Source of the DNA: Eubacteriales bacterium | GTDB lineage: Bacteria > Bacillota > Clostridia > Oscillospirales > CAG-272 | Direction: 5' to 3' | DNA: 43,294 bases | NCBI GenBank assembly: GCA_045533755.1 | Contig: JAZSIJ010000069.1 | Span: 1-43,294, forward strand | Shown: positions 11,138 to 19,482 of the stretch, piece by piece | Numbering within the stretch: the first letter of the stretch is position 1 | Layout of the letters: every line of letters starts with the position of its first letter | Translations under genes and position numbers: made by a program | The notes under the pieces: model-generated | What the model was told of the DNA's origin: nothing | Databases searched by the model: none | Seen by the model: only the letters and a program-made list of their open reading frames with translations

Positions 11138-11153
11138 TGTTTCACGTGAAACA
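11138..11153. promoter_or_regulatory. parS: parS site 4 (TGTTTCACGTGAAACA)
   Basis: Perfect 16-bp palindrome, identical to site 2. Confidence 0.9.
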
Positions 11154-11282
11154 TATCATTTGCCTACATTATTGACATATTTCAACACTTTCGACATTGT
11201 TTTAGTGATTTTTGAAAAGAAATGTTACTCGATCGAGCGAAAACATGCCTTGAAGCGCATGAATCGTTGGCGCTTTTCTCGA

Positions 11283-11302
11283 AAACAGGCTTAAACAGGC
11301 TT
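11283..11302 (+). repeat. Perfect tandem 10-mer (AAACAGGCTT x2)
   Basis: Read directly from the sequence, inside the ORF-free tract. Significance unknown. Confidence 0.9.
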
Positions 11303-11981
11303 AATTTGATAGTTTTGACACTATATTCAACAGGTTTTCGACAAAAAAAGTTTTGCAGGTTTTTCACTATCGCTTGCCAGCGCTATAGTAATCCCGCTGT
11401 TGCTCAGTGCTGTTTTCTGAACACTCACGCGTGTATGCCATTCTTGTCGTTTTTGCGTTATTCGATTCCATATAACGGTTTTTAACCTTGAAAAGGTTTT
11501 TCTGTTGATTTTGCTGTCTTTCTTGCTAAGTAGGAAGCTGTTTTGTCTTTTTCGGCGTGCTTTCTCGGCTTAAAGATATACTTAGGGCGTTTTTTGCTTA
11601 ATCGCGGATTTATGTACGCTTCTTTTGTTTGTGTTGTGTTAATGCAATTTTGCTTTTGAGAAAGTCAAATCGCTATGGCTTGAAGGCGTTTTGGGTATTA
11701 TCTGCCCTTTTGTGTTCCTTTGCCCGGCGGTTTGAAATTTTTGCTAACTTTAGTGGCTTTTTGCTGAAAAAAGCAATTTTCCGGGATCTGAAGAAATTTA
11801 TTGATTTTTTTAAGTCTTTTTTTGTTGAAATACGCACAAATATGAGTTGCAACACGGAGAAAAAGACTAATTTGTTAAAATATGGCAAAATCAGTAGATA
11901 AACCGAAGCGTTTGCATAGTCCATTTGTTGCGTTTTAAACAACATTTGTGTTATATGTTGGGGTAACCCGTTCGCTTTTAG

Positions 11982-12010
11982 TTGACATACTCGGGCTGTT
12001 ATGATATAAT
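11982..12010 (+). promoter_or_regulatory. Predicted sigma-A promoter of the histidine phosphatase gene
   Basis: TTGACA, a 17-nt spacer, then TATAAT, both hexamers consensus. This leaves a leader of about 116 nt before the ATG at 12127. Confidence 0.65.
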
Positions 12011-12126
12011 ACACGCAGAAATGCTTGCTACGCAAATCTGTGGCGCGAAAATGCGCGAATTATCTGTTTTCTTGCTTCTTTGGGAGGGGCAATCAGTATT
12101 TGGAAGGCGGTTTTGAAGAATTTTAT

Positions 12127-12768
12127 ATGAAGACGAAGTTTATACTTGTAAGGCACGGGCAGAGTTTGGGAAACGAGCGCAGAATGATTCTCGGACATGT
12201 CGACTGGGATATTACCGACATCGGACGCGCCCAGGCCGAGCGTGTCGCCAAAGCGCTGTCGGATAGAAAAATTGACGCCGTATATTCGAGCGATTTGCTA
12301 CGCGCTTATAATACCGTTCTTCCGATGGCAGTCTCTCGCGGACTTACGGTAATCGCCGACAGAGATTTGCGTGAGATAAATATGGGACTGTGGGAAGGAC
12401 GTGCGGTTGCCGAGATAATAGAGGAGTACGGAGAGCTTTTCACGGTGGAGTGGATGCGACACTTTGGTAGGTTTCGTGCGCCCGAGGGAGAGAGCACGGC
12501 AGAGCTTGCAAACAGAATCAGGAGAGCGCTTCGGCGTATCGCCCGAGAAAACCCCGGACGCACCGTCCTTATCGGTACTCACGCGGCGGCTATTCGCGCG
12601 TTTTGGGGACTTGTTACCGAAATTCCCCCGGAGCAAATTGATGAGGCTTTGCCGTTTCCCGATAACGCGTCATATTCCGAGATTGATTGCGAGGAGGGCA
12701 GATTTACTCCGGTTTCCTACTCGGTGTCGGATTATCTGTCGACCATGGTTACGCAGCTCCCGTTCTGA
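12127..12768 (+). CDS. Histidine phosphatase family protein (phosphoglycerate mutase / alpha-ribazole phosphatase-like)
   Basis: LVRHGQSLGNE contains the catalytic RHG motif. A downstream GTHAAAIRA motif is also present. I chose the ATG at 12127 (MKTKFILVRHG), because the longer ORF-track N-terminus is not protein-like. Confidence 0.85.
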   Translation: MKTKFILVRHGQSLGNERRMILGHVDWDITDIGRAQAERVAKALSDRKIDAVYSSDLLRAYNTVLPMAVSRGLTVIADRDLREINMGLWEGRAVAEIIEEYGELFTVEWMRHFGRFRAPEGESTAELANRIRRALRRIARENPGRTVLIGTHAAAIRAFWGLVTEIPPEQIDEALPFPDNASYSEIDCEEGRFTPVSYSVSDYLSTMVTQLPF

Positions 12769-12845
12769 TGCTTTGCAGTTTTTAGGGGGGGAATCTGCCG
12801 TACGCAAGTCGATGCGGTGCGCCGAAAAAATTAACAAAAATCAAA

Positions 12846-12882
12846 ATCAGAAGCAGGGAAGTGTACGGCTTCTGATTTTTTT
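12846..12882 (+). terminator. Intrinsic terminator downstream of the phosphatase gene
   Basis: ATCAGAAGC - 13-nt loop - GCTTCTGAT followed by a T7 run. Confidence 0.8.
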
Positions 12883-12935
12883 GAATAAGGAGTGAAATGT
12901 CTGTTTTTGACACGGGTGGCGGCATTTGTAAGAAA

Positions 12936-12953
12936 TGTAAATAAATGTTTACG
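12936..12953. repeat. 18-bp box TGTAAATAAATGTTTACG (one arm mismatch)
   Basis: Identical to the copy at 21333-21350 at 17 of 18 positions. It sits 54 nt upstream of the -35 hexamer of the rny promoter. Confidence 0.85.
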
Positions 12954-13007
12954 AAATCCGGCATCTTACGCAGCATGGGTGCGCTATAAATATTTTAAAT
13001 ATTTTTC

Positions 13008-13036
13008 TTGACATTAGTACCACAATAATGTATAAT
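13008..13036 (+). promoter_or_regulatory. Predicted sigma-A promoter of rny
   Basis: TTGACA, a 17-nt spacer, then TGTATAAT (TG immediately precedes TATAAT). This leaves a leader of about 115 nt with hairpin potential before the AGGGAGG RBS. Confidence 0.65.
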
Positions 13037-13158
13037 ATATTATGGTATGTTGGGTAGATAGGCGCTTTGTCTCTTTCTCAAAGCCCCTGTGACCATAAAA
13101 CACATATTAATAATTTTTCTAACATAGATTACTCAAAGTAATCAAAGGGAGGTGTAAA

Positions 13159-14706
13159 ATGGAAGTCAATATTATTTGGTTGATTATCGCCGTAGCTGTT
13201 GCGTTGATTTTGGGACTTGTAATGGGCGTTCTTGTACGCAAGGCATCTGCGGAGAAGAAGCTCGGTTCGGCAGAGGCTCAGGCTAAAAGAATTCTTGAAG
13301 ACGCGATTAAGGGCGCTGAAAGCGCAAAGAAAGAGTCCATCATTGCCGCAAAGGAAGAGATATTCCAGTTGAAAAAGGAAGCGGACTTTGATATTAAGGA
13401 GCGTCGTAAGGAGGTTTCCCGTCTTGAGCGCAGAGTTGTTCAAAAGGAAGAGACTCTCGACGCAAAGCTTGAAGGCATCGAGCGTAAAGAGGGTGTCTTG
13501 GCAGAGAAGCTTGCCGATACCGACAGGCTCAAGGAGGATATCGCAAAGGCCCTTGAAAGTCAGCTTGCTATGCTTGAGAAGATTGCGGGGCTCTCTCGCG
13601 AGGACGCAAAGAACGAGCTTATAAGCAAGCTCGACAGCGAAATGCGTCATGAGACCGCCGTTAAAATCGCGGAGTACGAGGATCGATTCAAGGAGGAGGC
13701 AGACGCTAAGGCTAAGGATATTCTCTCGCTTGCAATTCAGCGCTGTGCGGCAGATCACGTCAGCGAGGTTGCAATTTCCGTAGTTCAGATTCCAAGTGAC
13801 GACATGAAGGGAAGAATCATAGGACGCGAGGGAAGAAACATTCGCTCCATTGAAAATCTTACGGGTGTTGAGCTTATTATAGACGACACGCCCGACGTTA
13901 TCACGGTTTCCGGCTTTGACCCCGTGCGCCGTGAGATTGCAAGAATCGCGCTTGAAAAGCTCGTCAGCGACGGTAGAATCCACCCCGCAAGAATTGAGGA
14001 AATGGTTGAAAAGGCTCGCCGCGACGTTGATTCTGCTATTAAGCAGGCGGGCGAGAAGGCTGTATTCGAGACCGGAGTTCACGGTCTGCACCCCGAGCTT
14101 ATTAAGCTGCTCGGCAGAATGAAGTACCGTACCTCGTACGGTCAGAACGCGCTTCGCCACTCGGTTGAGGTTTCTATGCTGGCAGGCGTAATAGCCGAGG
14201 AGATGGGCGTTGACGTTACTATGGCGAGAAGAGCCGGACTTCTTCACGATATAGGTAAGGCGATGACGGCTGAGATTGACGGCTCGCACGTTCAGCTCGG
14301 CGTGGACATAGCTACAAAATACCGCGAGAACAAGGATATTATTCACGCAATAGAAGCGCACCACAATGATGCCGAGGCGACGACTGCACTCGATTTCATT
14401 ATTCAGGCGGCCGACGCTATCAGCGCGGCGCGTCCCGGTGCTCGCCGTGAGGACGTTGAGAACTACATCAAGCGTTTGCAGAAGCTTGAGGAGGTTGCGG
14501 GCGACTTTAACGGAGTTGAAAAGACCTTTGCTATACAGGCAGGCCGTGAGGTCAGAATTATGGTCAAGCCCGAGGTTATTGGCGACGACGATATGAAGCT
14601 TCTCGCAAGAGATATTGCGACCAAGATTGAGCGCGAGCTCGATTATCCGGGACAGATCAAGGTCAGCGTTATCCGTGAGTCGAGAACCGTGGAGTACGCA
14701 AAGTAA
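13159..14706 (+). CDS. rny: Ribonuclease Y
   Basis: N-terminal TM helix (IIWLIIAVAVALILGLVMGVLV), a coiled-coil region, the KH motif GRIIGREGRNIRSIE, and the HD domain LLHDIGKA...AHH. Confidence 0.97.
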   Translation: MEVNIIWLIIAVAVALILGLVMGVLVRKASAEKKLGSAEAQAKRILEDAIKGAESAKKESIIAAKEEIFQLKKEADFDIKERRKEVSRLERRVVQKEETLDAKLEGIERKEGVLAEKLADTDRLKEDIAKALESQLAMLEKIAGLSREDAKNELISKLDSEMRHETAVKIAEYEDRFKEEADAKAKDILSLAIQRCAADHVSEVAISVVQIPSDDMKGRIIGREGRNIRSIENLTGVELIIDDTPDVITVSGFDPVRREIARIALEKLVSDGRIHPARIEEMVEKARRDVDSAIKQAGEKAVFETGVHGLHPELIKLLGRMKYRTSYGQNALRHSVEVSMLAGVIAEEMGVDVTMARRAGLLHDIGKAMTAEIDGSHVQLGVDIATKYRENKDIIHAIEAHHNDAEATTALDFIIQAADAISAARPGARREDVENYIKRLQKLEEVAGDFNGVEKTFAIQAGREVRIMVKPEVIGDDDMKLLARDIATKIERELDYPGQIKVSVIRESRTVEYAK

Positions 14707-14747
14707 AGGAAACAAAAAATCCGTTTCTCCGAAACGGTAGGCAAGAG

Positions 14748-14787
14748 TGCTGTCTCAAATGTAGGTTTGGGACAGCATCTATTTTCT
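14748..14787 (+). terminator. Hairpin plus T-rich tail between rny and ymdB (probably a partial terminator)
   Basis: TGCTGTCTCAAA - 6-nt loop - TTTGGGACAGCA, followed by TCTATTTTCT. Confidence 0.5.
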
Positions 14788-14808
14788 AAGACGGAAAGGC
14801 GCATTTTG

Positions 14809-15582
14809 ATGAAAATTCTGGCAGTCGGAGACGTAACTAGTCCTATGGGACTTGAGCACCTCGCGAAAAACCTATGGAAATACAGAAAAGAGCGGGGAAT
14901 TGACTTCTGCGTTGTCAACGGCGAGAACGCCTCGTTTATTCACGGAATAACGGCAGAGCAGGCGGAGCGTCTTAACCGAGGTGGTGCTGACGTAATAACC
15001 GGCGGAAACCATACGATGTACGCCAGGGGGGCCGCTGAAATGCTTGAGGAGAGAAGTGAGGTTCTGCGCCCGATAAATTACGGTGATGCTGTTTCGGGAC
15101 GCGGATACGGACTCTTCGATGCGGCAGGATACAGGGTTCTCGTTATAAACGCTCTCGGCACGGTTAATATTGAGCCGCGCCTCGACAGTCCATACCCTTA
15201 TATAGACCGCCTTTTAGAAGAGCTTGATGGAAAATACGATCTTGCGGTGCTTGATTTTCACGCCGAGGCGACGGGCGAGAAGCTCGCGCTGGGATATGCC
15301 TACGATGGAAAAATCAACGTGATTTTCGGCACGCATACCCACGTTCCCACCGCTGACGCACAGATACTGCCGTGCGGAACGGGCTACGTTTCGGATCTCG
15401 GAATGTGCGGGGAAAGCGGAGGAGTGCTTGGAATGGACGCGCCGACAGTCGTTGAGAAGATGCGTACGCGCCTGCCTATAAGATTTAAGGCGGCGGACGG
15501 TGAGCCTATGGCTGACGGAGTTATTTTTGACTGCGATATTAAAACGGGCAGAGTAACAGCCGTGGAGCGTGTTAAATTTTAA
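14809..15582 (+). CDS. ymdB: YmdB-type metallophosphoesterase (TIGR00282-like)
   Basis: Contains MKILAVGDV, NGENAS and GGNH. It conserves the rny-ymdB synteny known from Bacillus. Start set at the ATG at 14809. Confidence 0.9.
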   Translation: MKILAVGDVTSPMGLEHLAKNLWKYRKERGIDFCVVNGENASFIHGITAEQAERLNRGGADVITGGNHTMYARGAAEMLEERSEVLRPINYGDAVSGRGYGLFDAAGYRVLVINALGTVNIEPRLDSPYPYIDRLLEELDGKYDLAVLDFHAEATGEKLALGYAYDGKINVIFGTHTHVPTADAQILPCGTGYVSDLGMCGESGGVLGMDAPTVVEKMRTRLPIRFKAADGEPMADGVIFDCDIKTGRVTAVERVKF

Positions 15583-15590
15583 ACGCAAAA

Positions 15591-15608
15591 TGTAAACTAT
15601 AATTTACA
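15591..15608. repeat. 18-bp box TGTAAACTATAATTTACA (perfect arms)
   Basis: Starts 8 nt after the ymdB stop. It ends 5 nt before the GGAGG RBS of mnmG. Confidence 0.9.
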
Positions 15609-15622
15609 AATTAGGAGGAGTC

Positions 15623-17515
15623 ATGGAGCATAGAACGCAGATTGCCGTCATAGGCGCGGGGCATGCAGGAATAGAAGCGGCTCTTGCGGCGGCGAGAATG
15701 GGAATCGATACCGTGTTGTTTACGATAAATCTCGATGCGGTTGGAAATATGCCCTGTAATCCTTCGATAGGCGGAAGCGCCAAGGGCCACCTCGTCTTTG
15801 AGATAGACGCGCTTGGCGGAGAGATGGGCTATGCCGCAGACCGTGTTACGATACAGTCGCGTACGCTTAACCTCGGAAAAGGGGCGGCGGTTCGCTCGAA
15901 GCGTGTCCAAGCAGACAGAAGCCTGTATAAAAGCATAATGAAGAAAACGCTGGAAAGCGAGAAAAACCTCAGGCTCGTTCAGGCGGAGATTGTCGATATT
16001 CTTACCGAAAATGAGGGCGCCGGATGCCGCGTGTGCGGTGTCGTTACTCATCTTGGCGAGGTCTGGCGCGCTGACCGTGTCATAATTGCGACAGGAACCT
16101 TTCTCGAAAGCCAAATCTTTGTCGGGGATAGAGTTTATTCGGCAGGCCCTGACGGAATGACGGCGGCTGTGGGACTATCGTCGGCGCTCAAAAGGCTTGG
16201 CATTGAGCTTATGCGCTTCAAAACCGGAACTCCCGCAAGGGTGCACCGCCGCTCGATAGACCTCTCGGCGCTTGAGGTGCAGGAGGGCGAGGGGGAGATA
16301 ACTCCCTATTCCGCGAAAACCGATGTGTCGGCGCTTGAGGGAGCGAACAAGGTCGCCTGCCACATCGTATATACGAATGGTGATACCCACAGAATAATAC
16401 GCGAAAACCTGGAACGCTCGGCAATGTATTCAGGAAACATAACCGGCGAGGGTCCGAGATATTGCCCGTCCATAGAAACCAAGCTCGTCAGATTTGCCGA
16501 CAAGGAGCGCCATCAGCTCTTCGTTGAGCCCTGCGGACTTGACACCGACGAGATGTATATTCAGGGCTTCTCGACCTCGATGCCGACCGACGTACAATAC
16601 GAGATGATGCGCTCGCTTTCGGGCTTTGAGAATGCCGAGATAATGCGCTATGCTTATGCCATAGAGTATGACTGCGCCGAGCCGACGCAGATGCTCCCCA
16701 CACTTGAGTTCAAGGCAGTGGGCGGCCTCTACGGAGCAGGTCAGTTCAACGGCACGTCGGGCTACGAGGAGGCTGCGGCGCAGGGACTTGTCGCGGGAAT
16801 CAATGCCGCGCTTGCCGAACAGGGAAAAGAACCTATGGTGCTCTCTCGTTCCTCGTCTTATATTGGTACGCTCATTGACGACCTTGTCACAAAGGGAACT
16901 CGCGAGCCCTATCGCGTGATGACCTCGCGTAGTGAATACAGGCTGATTTTAAGGCAGGATAATGCCGATTTGCGTCTTACCGAGATTGGACACGAGGTTG
17001 GGCTTATTGATGACGAACGCTACGGGGCGTTTCTTGAGAAGAAGGCCGCCGTGGAGCGCGAAATTGCAAGACTTGAGCATACGACGGTAGCACCAAGCGA
17101 AGCTGTCAACGCCTTTCTTACCGAGCGAGAGTCCTCGCCGATAACAACGGGAATAAAGCTTGCAGAGCTGCTTCGCCGTCCCGAAATAACCTACGAGTTA
17201 CTCGCAAAAATTGACACGGGACGCCCCGTCTTGCCTCGCGGAGTTCAAATGACAGCCGAGGTGCAGATAAAGTACGACGGATATATCAAGCGTGAGCTTG
17301 CCGAGGTCGCAAGACAGAAAAAGCTAGAGGAAAAGCGCCTGCCGAGTGGAATATCCTACACCGATATTACGGGTCTGCGGCTTGAGGCGGCAGAGAAGCT
17401 CGAGCGCGTGCGCCCTATGAATATAGGTCAGGCGTCACGCATCAGCGGAGTAAGTCCCGCAGATATCAGCGTGCTTCTTATATATCTCGCGTCTTATTGG
17501 AAAAATAAAATGTAA
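15623..17515 (+). CDS. mnmG: tRNA uridine 5-carboxymethylaminomethyl modification enzyme MnmG (GidA)
   Basis: FAD-binding VIGAGHAGIEAA and the GPRYCPSIE motif. 630 aa, which is full length. Confidence 0.97.
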   Translation: MEHRTQIAVIGAGHAGIEAALAAARMGIDTVLFTINLDAVGNMPCNPSIGGSAKGHLVFEIDALGGEMGYAADRVTIQSRTLNLGKGAAVRSKRVQADRSLYKSIMKKTLESEKNLRLVQAEIVDILTENEGAGCRVCGVVTHLGEVWRADRVIIATGTFLESQIFVGDRVYSAGPDGMTAAVGLSSALKRLGIELMRFKTGTPARVHRRSIDLSALEVQEGEGEITPYSAKTDVSALEGANKVACHIVYTNGDTHRIIRENLERSAMYSGNITGEGPRYCPSIETKLVRFADKERHQLFVEPCGLDTDEMYIQGFSTSMPTDVQYEMMRSLSGFENAEIMRYAYAIEYDCAEPTQMLPTLEFKAVGGLYGAGQFNGTSGYEEAAAQGLVAGINAALAEQGKEPMVLSRSSSYIGTLIDDLVTKGTREPYRVMTSRSEYRLILRQDNADLRLTEIGHEVGLIDDERYGAFLEKKAAVEREIARLEHTTVAPSEAVNAFLTERESSPITTGIKLAELLRRPEITYELLAKIDTGRPVLPRGVQMTAEVQIKYDGYIKRELAEVARQKKLEEKRLPSGISYTDITGLRLEAAEKLERVRPMNIGQASRISGVSPADISVLLIYLASYWKNKM

Positions 17516-17518
17516 AAA

Positions 17519-17549
17519 GGATACGTTCTACGGAACGCATCCTTTTTTT
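17519..17549. terminator. Bidirectional intrinsic terminator (mnmG / convergent XRE gene)
   Basis: An A5 run, then GGATACGTTC - TACG - GAACGCATCC, then a T7 run. Confidence 0.85.
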
Positions 17550-17574
17550 GTTTATTTATCGGGGGAGAGTTGAA

Positions 17575-17772
17575 TCATTTGTCCGACCTACCGAGTAGAT
17601 AGTCGAGAGAAACGTTAAAATAGTCGGCAAATTTTATGAGGGTTTCGTAATCCGCTTCTCTCTCGCAGTTTTCGTATCTACTAATACTGTTCTGGTTCAG
17701 ATTTAAGTCAAGCGCAAGCTTTAGTTGGGAAATGTTTTTGCTTTTCCTGAGTTCCTTCAACCTAAATTTCAT
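17575..17772 (-). CDS. Small XRE-family HTH regulator
   Basis: MKFRLKELRKSKNISQLKLALDLNLNQNSISRYENCER. I chose the ATG at 17772, which has an AAGGGTG RBS. The longer ORF-track N-terminus would run through the divergent promoter. Confidence 0.8.
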   Translation of the reverse strand: MKFRLKELRKSKNISQLKLALDLNLNQNSISRYENCEREADYETLIKFADYFNVSLDYLLGRSDK

Positions 17773-17798
17773 TTTTTCACCCTTTTTCATTATAGCTC

Positions 17799-17827
17799 TT
17801 GACATAAGTATACCATTGTGGTATAAT
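17799..17827 (+). promoter_or_regulatory. Predicted sigma-A promoter of the membrane-protein operon
   Basis: TTGACA, a 17-nt spacer, then TGGTATAAT (consensus -35 and extended -10). A TATAAT on the minus strand at 17789-17794 abuts it and would serve the divergent XRE gene. Confidence 0.65.
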
Positions 17828-17849
17828 GAATATATCCCGTTTTGGTATA
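17809..17849. promoter_or_regulatory. Two operator-like palindromes (TATACCA-N3-TGGTATA and TATATCC-N5-TGGTATA)
   Basis: A perfect 7-bp inverted repeat at 17809-17825 overlaps the -10 element. An imperfect second copy at 17831-17849 covers the predicted transcription start. Confidence 0.6.
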
Positions 17850-17860
17850 TTGGAGTGTGC

Positions 17861-18673
17861 ATGGGGAAAATAGGATGTTTTTTCAAAATAATAATATGCT
17901 ATTTCATATATTTGTTTCTTGGAATGGCGGCACTGTATGCCATTGCAATGTGTAGTGCGATTATAATTGCTTTGCCGCTGGCGCACGACCCCATTGAGAC
18001 TTTTAAGGAGCTATTTGGCATGGAAGAAGCTGAATTCATTGCTTTCGTGCGTGGCACCTTTTTGGAGAAGCTTCCGCTTGGAAATCTTGTTGCCAGCGCC
18101 TGTGAAAATGTTAATATACATATTGGCATAATTCCGGGTGTTCAGGAAGTAGGCAACATGAATTTGGTAGATTTCCTTCTTGATTGCGTTACTGCGACTA
18201 TTGCTGGAACCATTGCGTATTTTTTCAATAGAGTTAATGTTTTTCTATCATCAATTTTTCAAGGCTTTATCTATTCGTTGGTTCTAGGCATCGTTTTAAC
18301 GATGTGGTCATTTGTCGCCTATTGCATCGCGGCGACGCTGATTTGCTTGGTGGATAGTATTTTTCTTCCTCCTGCGAGCTATATAGTGAAAATTACCATA
18401 TTTGCTGTGTGCATTCTCATTCACTCTGCGGCAATAGCAGACAAGTCAGGTAAACTCATGTTTATAAAAGCACCTCTGCGTGTGTTGACGATTGAACTTA
18501 TTAAAAACCTGTTTATGAGTATGTTTATGGCGTGGATTTGTTATAATTTGCGAGGGCTTTATGACATTTCTTGTTTTGGAGGATTACTGCTTTCGGTAGT
18601 CGCTTGTGCTCTGATATTTTTGATAAAAAACTTCATTGGAAGGCAAAAGGATTACAGGTTAGGGTTGATATGA
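17861..18673 (+). CDS. Polytopic membrane protein, unknown function
   Basis: 270 aa from the ATG at 17861 (MGKIGCFF). Several long hydrophobic segments. Codon usage is visibly more AT-rich than in the flanks. I recognise no domain. Confidence 0.65.
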   Translation: MGKIGCFFKIIICYFIYLFLGMAALYAIAMCSAIIIALPLAHDPIETFKELFGMEEAEFIAFVRGTFLEKLPLGNLVASACENVNIHIGIIPGVQEVGNMNLVDFLLDCVTATIAGTIAYFFNRVNVFLSSIFQGFIYSLVLGIVLTMWSFVAYCIAATLICLVDSIFLPPASYIVKITIFAVCILIHSAAIADKSGKLMFIKAPLRVLTIELIKNLFMSMFMAWICYNLRGLYDISCFGGLLLSVVACALIFLIKNFIGRQKDYRLGLI

Positions 18674-19029
18674 AGAAGAGAAAATATATATTGCCGCGAC
18701 TCGCAAGGATTACGGCGAACATATTGCTTATTTTTACGGTAGTTGCGGTATTTTTTGGGTTTTATGTCTGTCCGATTTATGCAATAACGGGAATTAAGTG
18801 TCCTGGTTGCGGTATGACGAGAGCTTGCAAAGCGGCTGTTCGTTTTGATTTTGAATCCGCGCTTGAATATAACTGCCTTTTTCCTATCCCTTTTTTATGG
18901 GGTGCATACGAAATATTGAGGCTCTGGATACGTCTTTCGAAAAGGGGAGAAATAATTTTCTATTCGGTGTCTATTGCCTTCTTGGTTCTTCGTTGGTGTG
19001 TTCTTATGATAAATACTTATTTAATATAA
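18670..19029 (+). CDS. DUF2752-like membrane protein
   Basis: The CPGCGMTRA motif after the first TM helix is the hallmark of DUF2752. Its ATG overlaps the upstream stop (ATGA). Confidence 0.75.
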   Translation: MKKRKYILPRLARITANILLIFTVVAVFFGFYVCPIYAITGIKCPGCGMTRACKAAVRFDFESALEYNCLFPIPFLWGAYEILRLWIRLSKRGEIIFYSVSIAFLVLRWCVLMINTYLI

Positions 19030-19041
19030 AGGAGAAAAGAA

Positions 19042-19422
19042 ATGAGCAATTTTATGGCAAATGTTTCGGAGGAGTTTGACGTTCAGGCAATGGCTGAGGA
19101 GCTTGCCTCAAATCTTCAGGCTAAAGGTTACACCGCGAGAGTTGTGAAAATGAAGAACGGTGCGCGAATAGCTATCGAAAAGGGTCGCGGTGGAATAAAC
19201 ACCATTCTCGGAATGGGAGAGGGGATTACCGTTGCTATTATGAAGCAGGGGAACGGAACACTTGTCGCAACTTTTAGCGATGCTGAGTGGACGAGCAAGA
19301 TTATCGGATTTGTGGTTGGTTTCGTTTGCTGCATTCCATTTATAACGGCAATTATCGGTACGATAAGACAGCTTTCGTTGCCAAAGAGCATCGAGAGTGA
19401 GCTGGCACTATTGGTAAGTTAA
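19042..19422 (+). CDS. Hypothetical protein with a C-terminal TM anchor
   Basis: AGGAG RBS. A soluble N-terminal region is followed by IIGFVVGFVCCIPFITAIIGTI. A terminator follows the gene. Confidence 0.6.
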   Translation: MSNFMANVSEEFDVQAMAEELASNLQAKGYTARVVKMKNGARIAIEKGRGGINTILGMGEGITVAIMKQGNGTLVATFSDAEWTSKIIGFVVGFVCCIPFITAIIGTIRQLSLPKSIESELALLVS

Positions 19423-19432
19423 TAAAAGCGAA

Positions 19433-19462
19433 AGACAGAGACGAAAAATCTCTGTCTTTTTT
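19433..19462. terminator. Intrinsic terminator between convergent genes
   Basis: AGACAGAGA - CGAAAAA - TCTCTGTCT followed by a T6 run. Confidence 0.8.
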
Positions 19463-19482
19463 CTTTTATTAAATGTCCAGTA

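Noticed and set aside
11094-12035. Track ORFs of 61-120 aa in the ORF-free tract
   Set aside because: One starts inside a parS site. None has an RBS. The translations are rich in Phe, Leu, Cys and Arg, as expected from T-rich non-coding DNA.
10804-12126. Could the long non-coding gap be oriC?
   Set aside because: I found no TTATCCACA/TGTGGATAA-type DnaA boxes or close variants by eye. dnaA-dnaN, the usual oriC neighbours, would lie upstream of gyrB and outside this window. The palindromes present are parS sites, not DnaA boxes.
13129-14715. A 528-aa open frame antisense to rny
   Set aside because: This is a shadow ORF of a Glu/Lys/Ala-rich gene. The translation is low complexity (Leu/Asn/Ser/Arg) with no motifs or RBS. 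The plus-strand RNase Y call is unambiguous.
14757-14764. A fourth ATGTAGGT copy, in the loop of the rny-ymdB hairpin
   Set aside because: A single extra 8-mer match is about what chance predicts, roughly one per 65 kb of sequence per strand. It shares none of the flanking repeat sequence seen at 31449-31567.
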